From Canibacter sp. (lineage in GTDB: Bacteria; Actinomycetota; Actinomycetes; Actinomycetales; Microbacteriaceae): a DNA stretch of 64,000 nt. Within the stretch, counting starts at the first letter, position 1. Every line of letters starts with the position of its first letter. Positions 36,307 to 45,388 of the stretch are shown piece after piece. The notes under the pieces are model-generated. The model saw only the letters and a program-made list of their open reading frames with translations, ran no database searches and was not told the origin of the DNA. The stretch covers positions 4,884-68,883 of the forward strand of contig JBQDFP010000010.1 in NCBI GenBank assembly GCA_052085365.1, written 5' to 3'. The position numbers and the translations under genes are program-made.

Positions 36307-37202
36307 CGTTTGACGCGCATAAGTTCACGCAACTGATCCACTATTTGTTTCGGGGTGCTGCACTCCCCCAGTTGATTTGATTTACCGGCGCCGTGGTAGT
36401 CACTCGCGCCGGTAATCAACAGCTGATATTTGTGCGCAGCCCAGGTAAGTTCAGGGACGCGATCTTGCAGGTTTTCCGGGTGAGCTAATTCAATTCCCAC
36501 AAGCCCTGCTTCTGCTAACGTTCCTATTTCTGCGCTAGAAACCACCTGCTGGTGTCGAATCGCAGCGGGATGAGCCAACACCGGAGCCCCGCCTGCTCGT
36601 CGTGCAAGATCGATCGCATGCGTGGTCTCAGGCGCGTAAGTGGGGACGTAATACATTGATCCTGGTCCGAGCAGCCGTTCAAATGCTTCATTGCGATCCG
36701 CTACGTAGCCGCGGCGTACAAGTGCGTCTGCAATATGGGGACGACCGATCGATTCGGTAGTCCCGCTAGCTACTTCGTCCCAAGTAATCTGAAAGTCAGC
36801 GCGTAATCGTTCAACCATTTCTTCAGCACGACTGGCACGCGAACGTTGAATAAGCTCAAGTTCATGAACGAGATCAGCTTCGCGTGGGTCAAGGCCGTAC
36901 ACGAGCAGATGTGTTGACCGGTTTCGATACTTCGTGGTGATTTCCATGCCTGGCAGAAAATCAATAGAAAATTTTGCTGCGGCTCGTCGCGCTTCGGGCC
37001 ACCCGGCCGCCGTGTCGTGGTCGGTCAGTGCGAAACCCCCCAGACCCAGTTTCGAAACTGCTTGAGCTATCTCGGTCGGTGAAGTTGTGCCATCCGAGAT
37101 TTTTGAGTGCGTATGCAAGTCATATTGCAACGGTCCGTGTTTGCTACCAGCCACAGTTCTCAATGCTAGAGCACGAAACGCACCACCGGATACAGCTCGC
37201 AT
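36303..37202 (-). CDS. PHP-domain metal-dependent phosphoesterase (TrpH/YciV-like)
   Basis: YDLHTHSKISDGT, ALTDHDT and a DYHG segment near the C-terminus. Confidence 0.85.
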   Translation of the reverse strand: MRAVSGGAFRALALRTVAGSKHGPLQYDLHTHSKISDGTTSPTEIAQAVSKLGLGGFALTDHDTAAGWPEARRAAAKFSIDFLPGMEITTKYRNRSTHLLVYGLDPREADLVHELELIQRSRASRAEEMVERLRADFQITWDEVASGTTESIGRPHIADALVRRGYVADRNEAFERLLGPGSMYYVPTYAPETTHAIDLARRAGGAPVLAHPAAIRHQQVVSSAEIGTLAEAGLVGIELAHPENLQDRVPELTWAAHKYQLLITGASDYHGAGKSNQLGECSTPKQIVDQLRELMRVKR

Positions 37203-37235
37203 ATCTCAGGCTAATGCGGGAAGTACTCGGTACGA

Positions 37236-37241
37236 GATAAT
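37236..37241 (+). promoter_or_regulatory. Candidate -10 element for a leaderless pepP transcript
   Basis: GATAAT lies exactly 6 nt upstream of the ATG at 37248, with no Shine-Dalgarno sequence in between. Confidence 0.3.
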
Positions 37242-37247
37242 GGTCTC

Positions 37248-38654
37248 ATGTCTACGAATGAGCACTCCGCACCTGTTCAGGCAACACACGAGGCGGAAAT
37301 CACCAACGAGTCGCGAAATACGCTTCCCAAGAATCAGCGTTTCCTTGACTATATGGGGCGACATTGGGAACCCCGAAGTATTGCGCTGCCTGAGCAGTCA
37401 TCTGTCGCACCGTTCGCACGTAAGCGTCGCAATACGCTCAGCAACGCATTCCCGGGTGAACGTCTCGTGATTCACGCTGGCGTGATGAAGCAACGCTCCA
37501 ACGATACGTTTTATGAGTATCGGGCACACAGTGCTTTTAGCCATCTGACTGGTTGGGGGTCCGCTGCAGAGCCGGGCGCAGTGCTCGTGTTTGAACCAAT
37601 TGCAGCGGGGCACGAAGTCACCTTGTACTTCCGTGAGCGAGCAGACCGAACGAGCAGCGAGTTCTTCGCAAATTCTGAAATTGGTGAGTTTTGGATCGGT
37701 GAGCGCCCATCGCTTGAGCACGTTGCGAGCCTGCTGGGTGTTGAGACTCAACCGCTGGAAAATTTTGCTCCCACAGATCGGGACTTGACTCTCGAAAACC
37801 CTGAAGTGGACCGCGTTACGAGTGAGATGCGACTGGTGAAGGACGTATACGAACAGGAACAGATGCAACTTGCAGTCGATGCGACTGCTCGCGGGTTCGA
37901 TGAAGTTGTCCTTAGTTTTGATCACGCCGTCCGTGAGCAACGCGGGGAGCGTGTTATTGAGGGTGTGTTCCATCAACGGGCGCGCCTTGACGGTAATTGG
38001 GAAGGTTACGAAACGATTGCGGCTTCCGGTTCTCATGCGTGTACGCTTCACTGGATCAACAATGACGGCCGGGTGAACGAGGGTGATCTGCTACTGCTTG
38101 ACGCTGGTATTGAGTTGGACAGTCTCTATACCGCTGATGTGACGCGTACGCTGCCCGTATCGGGAACGTTTACTCCCGTTCAGCGAAAGATTTATGCTGC
38201 GGTCCTTGAGGCTGCTGATGCGGCACGCGCAATTATTCGTCCCGGGATTACTTTCGGTGACGTTCACGAAACGGCAATGAAGGTTATTGAACGGTATACC
38301 CGTGAGTGGGGTTTTTTGCCCGATGATGCAGACTCTGACGTGCCCTACCACAAGCGCTATATGGTCCATGGCACCAGTCACCATCTAGGGCTTGATGTGC
38401 ATGATTGTGCTGCTGCACGTCGCGAAATGTATCACGACGGGATCGTTGAGGCGGGCATGGTGTTTACTGTAGAGCCGGGGCTCTACTTCCACGACGGCGA
38501 TCTGACTGTTCCGGAGGAGTTCCGTGGTATCGGTGTGCGCATCGAAGACGACATTCTCGTGACCGAGAACGGGAGCGTGAATCTTTCCGCCGACATTCCA
38601 CGGACCATTGCAGAAGTTGAGGCCTGGGTGCAGGCGGGACGAAACGCTACGTAG
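37248..38654 (+). CDS. pepP: Xaa-Pro aminopeptidase (M24B, aminopeptidase P family)
   Basis: LLLLDAGIELDSLYTADVTRT, HGTSHHLGLDVHD, VFTVEPGLY and GIGVRIEDD metal-ligand contexts. Confidence 0.9.
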   Translation: MSTNEHSAPVQATHEAEITNESRNTLPKNQRFLDYMGRHWEPRSIALPEQSSVAPFARKRRNTLSNAFPGERLVIHAGVMKQRSNDTFYEYRAHSAFSHLTGWGSAAEPGAVLVFEPIAAGHEVTLYFRERADRTSSEFFANSEIGEFWIGERPSLEHVASLLGVETQPLENFAPTDRDLTLENPEVDRVTSEMRLVKDVYEQEQMQLAVDATARGFDEVVLSFDHAVREQRGERVIEGVFHQRARLDGNWEGYETIAASGSHACTLHWINNDGRVNEGDLLLLDAGIELDSLYTADVTRTLPVSGTFTPVQRKIYAAVLEAADAARAIIRPGITFGDVHETAMKVIERYTREWGFLPDDADSDVPYHKRYMVHGTSHHLGLDVHDCAAARREMYHDGIVEAGMVFTVEPGLYFHDGDLTVPEEFRGIGVRIEDDILVTENGSVNLSADIPRTIAEVEAWVQAGRNAT

Positions 38655-39167
38655 CTAGTCCTGTGAGTCCTGCACGGATTTCACGAGCACGTCCCGCGCC
38701 GTCATGACGAGCTCGTGCTCAGTAATCAGGTCGTACCTGGTGCCGATCACTTGAGTGATTGAGGCGTATTCTCGCCGGTTTCTATTGAGTGAGAAGGTCA
38801 CCACTGCAAAAAGCATGCCGAAGCCAGCCCCGATGACGAGTGCTGCAAAGAACACTCCAAGTATGCCGCTCGCACCGGGTTGAAAGATAAACAGGATGAT
38901 CCCGAAGAATATCCCGAGATATGCGCCTGAGCCTGCGCCCATCATGGCGATTCGACCGTAGCTGAGTTTAGCGGTAATCCGCTCAACGCTCCGGAGCCCA
39001 TTACCAACGATTGAGAGCTGTCGCACCGGAAAGTCAGCTCGCGCCAATACGTCCACTGCCTGCTGTACGTCCTCATACCGGTCATACGTCGATACAATCT
39101 CACCTTCTGGCATTTGGGTGAGCGCCGGTACCCGACGATTAGATTGTCTCGGTGCAAAGAAACTCAT
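38655..39167 (-). CDS. General-stress-protein-like membrane protein (YflT-like N-domain + Gly-rich TM)
   Basis: EIVSTYDRYEDVQQAVDVLARADFPVRQLSIVG, followed by two Gly-rich hydrophobic helices. GTG 39188 is an alternative start. Confidence 0.65.
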   Translation of the reverse strand: MSFFAPRQSNRRVPALTQMPEGEIVSTYDRYEDVQQAVDVLARADFPVRQLSIVGNGLRSVERITAKLSYGRIAMMGAGSGAYLGIFFGIILFIFQPGASGILGVFFAALVIGAGFGMLFAVVTFSLNRNRREYASITQVIGTRYDLITEHELVMTARDVLVKSVQDSQD

Positions 39168-39262
39168 ACCTTCATTCAAGCACGGCACGCCTGAAGTTTC
39201 GCCCGAACAGACGTGTTTTCGTCGGTCTCTAAGCGCAGTTTCGGTAAAAACCTACTACCGTT

Positions 39263-40519
39263 GTGAATGTGAGTAGTTCTCGAGTGTTTGTGGGCCGACT
39301 TGTCGGCAATGGTGTGTTTGACCCTGCCGGTGACCGTATCGGCAAGGTGCGGGACATCATTACCGTTGAACGCGCGAACAATCCGCCACGGGTGGTGGGC
39401 ATGATCGTTGAAATTCCTGGTCGGCGTCGTGTGTTTACACCCATCGGGCGCATAACTTCAATCGCGAATAGGCAGGTAATCAGCACGGGCCTCATCAACG
39501 TACGTCGTTATGAACCGCGCGGAGGCGAAACGAGGCTCATCGCCGAGATTCTTGGTCGACAAGTTGATGTGTCGAGCGAAGGGAAGAAAGCACGTATTGA
39601 AGATGCCGCGATCACCCGCACTCGTTCTGGTGAGTGGATCGTTGCTGAAGTGTTTGTGCGGTTTCCCAAGACCGGTGCTTTTACACGCGGTGAAACGCGT
39701 CTATTGCCGTGGAAGCAGCTTGCGCAAGATCCAGAAGCGGAACATTACACTTCTGCCGAGCTGCTCATTCAAACACTGGTGGATCTCAAACCTGCGGATC
39801 TCGCTGAAGCACTCCTTGAACTTCCTGATGCGAGACGGATGGAAGTGATCGAAGAGCTTGCCGATGATCTGGTTGCCGACGCGCTCGAGGAGATGAGTGA
39901 GGCAGACCAGCTTGAACTCTTGGCACGTCTCGACCCCTCACGCACGGCAGATGTGCTTGATCGTATGGAACCGGATGATGCTGCCGATTTAATTGCGGCA
40001 CTCCCTGGAAAGCGTGGCCAAGAACTGCTCGAAATGATGGAGCCAGAAGAGGCTGAAGATGTTCGCCGCCTCCTCGAATACGAGCAGGATACTGCTGGAG
40101 GCCTCATGAATCCGACTCCAATTATTCTTTCGGGAGAGTCGAGTGTCGCCGAAGGGCTTGCGATGATCAGGCGGTCTGAAATCCCCCCGGCTATGGCTGC
40201 AGCGGTCTACGTCACACTCCCTCCGTATGAAACACCAACGGGAGAGTTCCAGGGGCTCGTGCACTTCCAACAAATGCTCCGGTTTGCACCCCATGAGCGT
40301 CTCTCGGCGCTCATCGACGGCGAGATCGAACCGGTTCACGTCAGTTCAAGCGCTGCCGAAGTAGCACGTCGTCTGGCTAGCTATGACCTCGTCGCAATGC
40401 CAGTTGTTGATGATCAGAATAATCTGCTCGGTGTTGCGACGATCGACGACGTACTCGACCACTTATTGCCCGATGACTGGCGACACACCGAAGAACCCCA
40501 CCCGAACGAAGGTGCGTAA
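39263..40519 (+). CDS. PRC-barrel / MgtE-N / tandem-CBS cytosolic protein (no membrane domain)
   Basis: PRC-like N-terminus (GRLVGNGVFDPAGDRIGKVRDI). The MgtE N-domain is an acidic helical region (LKPADLAEALLELPDARRMEVIEEL...). The CBS pair is GLMNPTPIIL... and VAMPVVDDQNNLLGVATIDDVLDHL. The ORF ends without any TM segment. Confidence 0.8.
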   Translation: MNVSSSRVFVGRLVGNGVFDPAGDRIGKVRDIITVERANNPPRVVGMIVEIPGRRRVFTPIGRITSIANRQVISTGLINVRRYEPRGGETRLIAEILGRQVDVSSEGKKARIEDAAITRTRSGEWIVAEVFVRFPKTGAFTRGETRLLPWKQLAQDPEAEHYTSAELLIQTLVDLKPADLAEALLELPDARRMEVIEELADDLVADALEEMSEADQLELLARLDPSRTADVLDRMEPDDAADLIAALPGKRGQELLEMMEPEEAEDVRRLLEYEQDTAGGLMNPTPIILSGESSVAEGLAMIRRSEIPPAMAAAVYVTLPPYETPTGEFQGLVHFQQMLRFAPHERLSALIDGEIEPVHVSSSAAEVARRLASYDLVAMPVVDDQNNLLGVATIDDVLDHLLPDDWRHTEEPHPNEGA

Positions 40520-41083
40520 ATGGCACTTTTCCGTAAAGACGCTCATCCACTCGACCTGCCAACGGTGAACATTCGCGCCCCGAGACCTGAGAGTACGGAC
40601 CGCTTCGGGCGTTGGACCGAATCAATCGCGCGCGGCATGGGTACGCCTTGGTTCCTGCTCATTCTCACGATCGTGTGTGCCGCCTGGTTAATGTGGAACA
40701 CCTGGGGACCTGAAACCTGGCGTTTTGACTCCGCAGCGATCGGATTCACAGCGCTGACCCTTATCCTGTCACTGCAGGCCTCATATGCAGCGCCGATGCT
40801 CTTGCTCGCGCAGAACCGTCAAGATGACCGTGACCGTGTTCAGATCGAGCAAGATCGACAGCGAGCTGAACGAAACCTTGCCGACACCGAGTTTTTGGCT
40901 CGAGAAGTCGTTGCATTGAGGCTCGCACTCAAAGATTTGCCAGACCGAGACTGGCTCCGCCAAGAGTTGAAAGACATGCTCGAAGAACTCATAGAAGATT
41001 CGAGTGCGGATCCTTCTCACGAGCATGAGCAGTCCGGTTCTAAACCAGTAGAAGCTGACGAGGAGAATGACCCACACACCTGA
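40520..41083 (+). CDS. DUF1003 domain-containing membrane protein
   Basis: Two TM helices, followed by the conserved LLAQNRQDDRDRVQIEQDRQRAE coiled segment. The ATG directly follows the stop of the previous gene (TAAATG). Confidence 0.8.
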   Translation: MALFRKDAHPLDLPTVNIRAPRPESTDRFGRWTESIARGMGTPWFLLILTIVCAAWLMWNTWGPETWRFDSAAIGFTALTLILSLQASYAAPMLLLAQNRQDDRDRVQIEQDRQRAERNLADTEFLAREVVALRLALKDLPDRDWLRQELKDMLEELIEDSSADPSHEHEQSGSKPVEADEENDPHT

Positions 41084-42239
41084 TAACGACACGAATCCTG
41101 ATCCACGCATTACAGCAATTTGGCGGGCTCTCGCACGCGTAAATGATCCTGAAATACGTCAGCCGATTACTGACTTGGGAATGGTCCAGGAGGTGAGGAT
41201 TGCCTCCGACGACGTGCCAGAAGTTGATCTTCTTCTTACAATCTCGGGATGCCCAGCTGCGCAACACATTGAGGATTCAGCACACGCAGCAGCGTTAACT
41301 GCACCCCGAGTCGATCAGGCTCGCATCAACGTGGGTGTTATGACTCCGGAGCAGCGTAAAGAATTCATCCAACAGGTGCGCGGAGATCGAACGCACGAAG
41401 TGCAATTCGGGCCAGACTCCCTGACACGAGTGATTGCTGTAACCAGTGGCAAAGGTGGCGTTGGGAAGTCCTCACTCACAGCGTCACTTGCAACCGCATT
41501 TGCGGCAAAGGGTCGCAAAGTAGGCCTTATTGATGCCGATGTTTTTGGATTTTCGATCCCCGGCATTATGGGACTTACTCACGATGGCGTGGCGCAAACA
41601 CCCACGAAGATTAATGACCTAATTTTGCCGCCGATCGCTTACGATGTTCAAGTTATTTCAATTGGGATGTTTCTTGGAGATGCGGACCCACGAAAAACCG
41701 CAGTTTCCTGGCGTGGTCCGATGCTGCACCGAACGATTGAACAATTTCTGCGAGACGTCTGGTTTGGCGACCTTGACGTTCTGTTCCTTGACTTACCCCC
41801 CGGCACCGGAGATATTGCGATTAGCGTTGGACAGCTCCTGCCACAAGCTGAGGTGCTGGTAGTGACGACACCGCAGGAAGCAGCTGCAGATGTCGCAGTG
41901 CGCAGTGCGGTGCTCGCCCGGCAGTCAGGTCAGCGCGTTGTTGGTGTGGTCGAAAACATGTCAAGTTTTTATGCTCCGGACGGCAGCCTGGTCGAACTAT
42001 TTGGGTCGGGCGGCGGCCAACTCGTTGCGTCGAGGCTGACTGATGATGAGCATGGTGAGGTGCCTCTGCTGGGAAGTGTGCCCCTATCATCACAATTCCG
42101 CGAAGCCGGCGATTTAGGTAAACCGGCAGTGTTGACTCACCCTAACGACCCTGCCGCGCAGGAAGTTCAACGAATTGCGGACGAGCTCGACCGCCAGGGT
42201 CGTGGCCTTCAAGGTCGGCGATTGCCCGTCTCGTTGTAG
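41067..42239 (+). CDS. mrp: Mrp/NBP35 (ApbC) family Fe-S cluster carrier ATPase
   Basis: N-terminal DUF59-like region (VNDPEIRQPITDLGMV), deviant Walker A VTSGKGGVGKSS, and LDLPPGTGD. Confidence 0.9.
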   Translation: MTHTPDNDTNPDPRITAIWRALARVNDPEIRQPITDLGMVQEVRIASDDVPEVDLLLTISGCPAAQHIEDSAHAAALTAPRVDQARINVGVMTPEQRKEFIQQVRGDRTHEVQFGPDSLTRVIAVTSGKGGVGKSSLTASLATAFAAKGRKVGLIDADVFGFSIPGIMGLTHDGVAQTPTKINDLILPPIAYDVQVISIGMFLGDADPRKTAVSWRGPMLHRTIEQFLRDVWFGDLDVLFLDLPPGTGDIAISVGQLLPQAEVLVVTTPQEAAADVAVRSAVLARQSGQRVVGVVENMSSFYAPDGSLVELFGSGGGQLVASRLTDDEHGEVPLLGSVPLSSQFREAGDLGKPAVLTHPNDPAAQEVQRIADELDRQGRGLQGRRLPVSL

Positions 42240-42250
42240 GTAATCGTTCA

Positions 42251-42276
42251 GCCACCTAGCCGAACGGCTAGGTGGC
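42251..42276. terminator. Bidirectional 11-bp stem-loop between convergent mrp and tatB
   Basis: GCCACCTAGCC gaac GGCTAGGTGGC is a perfect stem. The right arm contains the tatB stop codon (42268-42270). Confidence 0.5.
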
Positions 42277-42699
42277 CTCATCATCAAAATTAAAGTCGGT
42301 GCGACCATCCGTGCGTGATTTGGCCAGCGCTGCTGCCGCAATAGCGGCACCGCTTGATGCAACGGTAGCGGTGCCGTCGCTCGCTATTTGACGGCTCTTG
42401 ATCGCCTGGGCTTGTCGTTGGGTTCGTCGTTCGGCATCGACTTCACGTCGGTCCTCTTCGAGTGCGTCACGAATGATTCTGCGAGGATCGTACTGTCGGG
42501 GGTCGAGTTGCTTCCAGTCGACTTCATCGAAGTCCTCCCCCATTTCATCACGCAGTCGATCTTTCGCTGATTCAGACATTCGACGAATGTTCTTCACCAG
42601 CTGGCCCAGTTTTTGCGCATAGATTGGGAGGCGTTCGGGCCCGAGCAACACCAAAGCGATCACCAAGATCACCAGGAATTTATCGATAGACAGGCCCAT
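42268..42699 (-). CDS. tatB: Twin-arginine translocase subunit TatB (TatA/B family)
   Basis: MGLSIDKFLVILVIALVLLGPERLPIYAQKLGQLVKNIR, followed by a charged amphipathic tail. I chose the ATG at 42699; the longer ORF reaches 42783. Confidence 0.85.
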   Translation of the reverse strand: MGLSIDKFLVILVIALVLLGPERLPIYAQKLGQLVKNIRRMSESAKDRLRDEMGEDFDEVDWKQLDPRQYDPRRIIRDALEEDRREVDAERRTQRQAQAIKSRQIASDGTATVASSGAAIAAAALAKSRTDGRTDFNFDDEAT

Positions 42700-42822
42700 G
42701 CTTCTATCGTATCGCTTCGGTGACTCTGAATCGTATTCGGGTGATCCGCATGCTGCACTGAGGAAACACACACTCGGTGCCATAAACTAGCTAGGACACC
42801 CGTTCTAGGAGCCTGCAAGTAT

Positions 42823-43458
42823 ATGAGCAAAATCGAAAGAAATTGGCAGTACGCCGAGCAGTTCCCTGTGGAAACTGAACCTGTGCAGAAGGCAAGACGT
42901 TTGTCGATGGAGCTCGGTATCGAACCGGTGAGCCCGTCTATTGCGGCATATCTCGCCAGCGTTGTGACACTCACCGGTGCACAATCAATATGTGAGCTTG
43001 GCACCGGTGTAGGTGTCAGTGGTTTGTCGCTGCTTCGTTACTCCGAACGCGCACATCTCACATCAATCGATATTGAAGGCGAACATCACCGGAATGCACG
43101 TCAATTGTTTGCTCACGGTGGCGTTGCTGCCGCCCGTCTTCGCCTCATCGAAGGTGATGCCCATAAAGTGCTCCCGCGGCTCAATACCGACGCGTACGAC
43201 CTGATGGTCATTGACGCGGATCCGGAAGGACTGCTCGAATACGTCGAGTATGGGCTCCAAGTGGTGCGCCCGGGCGGCACCATCGTTATCCCGAATGTGC
43301 TGTGGCGCGGCCGTGTATCCGACCCAGCAGCTCGAGACGATGTGACTGCGGGTTTCCGAGACCTGTTACAGATGGTCGCCGATTCTCCGGCGATTGTTCC
43401 ATCATTGTCGCCATCTGGCGACGGAGTACTCACGCTGACTCGTATCTCAATCTCGTGA
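42823..43458 (+). CDS. Class I SAM-dependent O-methyltransferase (caffeoyl-CoA OMT-like)
   Basis: ICELGTGVGVSGLSLL SAM motif, MVIDADPEG and GGTIVIPNVLWRG. Confidence 0.85.
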   Translation: MSKIERNWQYAEQFPVETEPVQKARRLSMELGIEPVSPSIAAYLASVVTLTGAQSICELGTGVGVSGLSLLRYSERAHLTSIDIEGEHHRNARQLFAHGGVAAARLRLIEGDAHKVLPRLNTDAYDLMVIDADPEGLLEYVEYGLQVVRPGGTIVIPNVLWRGRVSDPAARDDVTAGFRDLLQMVADSPAIVPSLSPSGDGVLTLTRISIS

Positions 43459-43496
43459 GTTCACGTACCTGCATATATGCATAACCGTATACGTAT

Positions 43497-43539
43497 AAAA
43501 GAATCCCGCCTGCGCAATTGCACCGGCGGGATTCTTTTT
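43497..43539. terminator. Bidirectional intrinsic terminator
   Basis: AAAA GAATCCCGCC (43501-43510), a 14-nt loop, then GGCGGGATTC (43525-43534) TTTTT. It sits between a convergent gene pair. Confidence 0.75.
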
Positions 43540-43551
43540 GAAGCTGAATGA

Positions 43552-43719
43552 CTAGCCAACTACTCCGTTAAGCACGTCTCGAAGTTCGGTCGCTTCTTCA
43601 TCGTTAACCGAAACCACGAGGCGACCGCCCCCCTCGAGCGGTACGCGAACAACGATCACCCGTCCTTCTCGAACCGCTTCCATAGGGCCGTCGCTAGTCC
43701 TCGGTTTCATTGCAGCCAT
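43552..43719 (-). CDS. DUF3117 domain-containing protein
   Basis: MAAMKPRTSDGPMEAVREGRVIVVRVPLEGGGRLVVSVNDEEATELRDVLNGVVG is a highly conserved 55-aa actinobacterial protein. AGGAGG lies 5 nt upstream of the ATG at 43719. Confidence 0.88.
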   Translation of the reverse strand: MAAMKPRTSDGPMEAVREGRVIVVRVPLEGGGRLVVSVNDEEATELRDVLNGVVG

Positions 43720-43835
43720 GAACGCCTCCTTATGCTCTTGGTTATTCCATTCTACTGATTTGCCGCGGCCCGTGCTCAGATTTGTCATGTACGCGTGCCA
43801 AATCTCGATTTAACGTATGGAATTCGCATCTGTAA

Positions 43836-43876
43836 CAAAAAAATAGGTCACGCGAGCCTCCTGGCGCGTGACCTAT
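43836..43876 (-). terminator. Intrinsic terminator of gltA
   Basis: ATAGGTCACGCG (43843-43854) pairs with CGCGTGACCTAT (43865-43876). On the minus strand the hairpin is followed by a run of 7 U (plus-strand A-run 43836-43842). Confidence 0.8.
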
Positions 43877-43908
43877 CGGTGAGCAGTCGTTAGCGATCTC
43901 GTAACATA

Positions 43909-45213
43909 CTATTTGCGGTCGAGATGCCGTTCAGCCGAACCGACATACAGCTGCTGAGGCCGACCAATCTTGGTATATGGGTCGTTCAGTGACTCGCGGA
44001 ATTGCGCAATCCAGCCCGGCAAACGACCGATAGCGAACAACACAGTGAACATACGTGTTGGGAAGCCCATGGCTTTGTAGATTACGCCAGTGTAGAAGTC
44101 CACGTTCGGGTAGAGTTGACGCTCTTTAAAGTAATCATCTTCAAGCGCAATCTGTTCAAGCTCTTGCGCAATACCCAATAGCGGATCATTCACTCCAAGC
44201 TCATCCAAAACGCTCTGTGCACTGTCTTTCACAATGCGGGCGCGAGGGTCATAGTTCTTATAGACTCGGTGGCCAAAGCCCATAAGCTTGATGCCGGCTT
44301 CCTTCTTTTTGACTCGCTCGACAAAAGCTTCGACACCCTGTCCCGAATCTCGGATCTGTCCCAGCATCGTCAGGACCGCTTCGTTGGCGCCTCCGTGGAG
44401 CGGACCGGAAAGCGCGTTAATGCCTGCCGAAATTGACGAGAACATGTTCGCACCTGTAGAACCGACCAGTCGCACCGTTGAAGTTGAAGCGTTCTGTTCA
44501 TGATCAGCATGCAATATGAGCAAGCGGTCAAGCGCTTGCACGAGCACCGGGTTCATTTCATAGGGCTCTGCGCGGTTGCCAAAGTTGAGTCGCAAGAAGT
44601 TTTCAACAAAATTTTGCGAGTTATCTGGATACAGGAACGACTGCCCGATCGACTTTTTATGCGCGTAGGCTGCAATAACAGGGATCTTTGCAAGCATACG
44701 AATCGTATTCGTTTCGATGGCTTCTTCAGAGTTGTTATTGACCGAGTCTTCGTAAAACGTTGAGAGCGCTTGAATTCCACCAGAGAGCACAGCCATGGGA
44801 TGGGCTGTGTGTGGCAGACCTTCAAAGAAATACTTCATATCTTCGTGAAGCAGCGTGTGGCGACGAATCTCTTGATCAAACTTTTCCATCGCATCAGATG
44901 ACGGCAGTTCCCCATAGATCAAGAGATACGCGACCTCAAGAAATGTTGAGTCTTGAGCAAGTTCCTCAATCGGGTACCCACGGTAACGCAAAATGCCTTG
45001 ATCGCCGTCAATATAGGTGATCTCTGACCGAGTCGACGAAGTATTCACAAACCCATAATCGAGCGCCGTCAAATCGGTCTGTTTCATGAAGGTGCTCATG
45101 TCAACAGACGAACGCCCATCAACGGAAGGAATGATCGGAAGTTCGGTCTCTTTACCGTTGTATAAAAACTTCGCAGTCTGACCTTGCTCGTTGCTTGGTG
45201 TTTGTGCAGTCAC
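43909..45213 (-). CDS. gltA: Citrate synthase
   Basis: 434 aa. The LILHADHEQNASTSTVR and GFGHRVYKNYDPR active-site motifs are present. GTG start with AAGGAGAAAGC upstream. Confidence 0.95.
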   Translation of the reverse strand: MTAQTPSNEQGQTAKFLYNGKETELPIIPSVDGRSSVDMSTFMKQTDLTALDYGFVNTSSTRSEITYIDGDQGILRYRGYPIEELAQDSTFLEVAYLLIYGELPSSDAMEKFDQEIRRHTLLHEDMKYFFEGLPHTAHPMAVLSGGIQALSTFYEDSVNNNSEEAIETNTIRMLAKIPVIAAYAHKKSIGQSFLYPDNSQNFVENFLRLNFGNRAEPYEMNPVLVQALDRLLILHADHEQNASTSTVRLVGSTGANMFSSISAGINALSGPLHGGANEAVLTMLGQIRDSGQGVEAFVERVKKKEAGIKLMGFGHRVYKNYDPRARIVKDSAQSVLDELGVNDPLLGIAQELEQIALEDDYFKERQLYPNVDFYTGVIYKAMGFPTRMFTVLFAIGRLPGWIAQFRESLNDPYTKIGRPQQLYVGSAERHLDRK

Positions 45214-45388
45214 GCTTTCTCCTTGCTATGGCATGGCTTTAGTAGAGACGTTTCTTCATAGAAACAGTCCCCCTATTTTCACTTCGAGATCCCGAAGCGT
45301 TCCGCCAGGACCATTTATTCACGACATTACTTGAAATCCTACCCCGAAGGCTGGTGTTGCCGCACGGTGACAATTCACTCTCTCTACG

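Noticed and set aside
37398-38051. 217-aa ORF antisense to pepP
   Set aside because: There are no motifs, and the sense strand has a complete M24B metal-ligand set.
43470-43495. AT-rich palindromes TGCATATATGCA and CGTATACG next to the bidirectional terminator
   Set aside because: They are short and low-complexity, and are expected by chance in an AT-rich spacer. There is no second copy elsewhere in the window.
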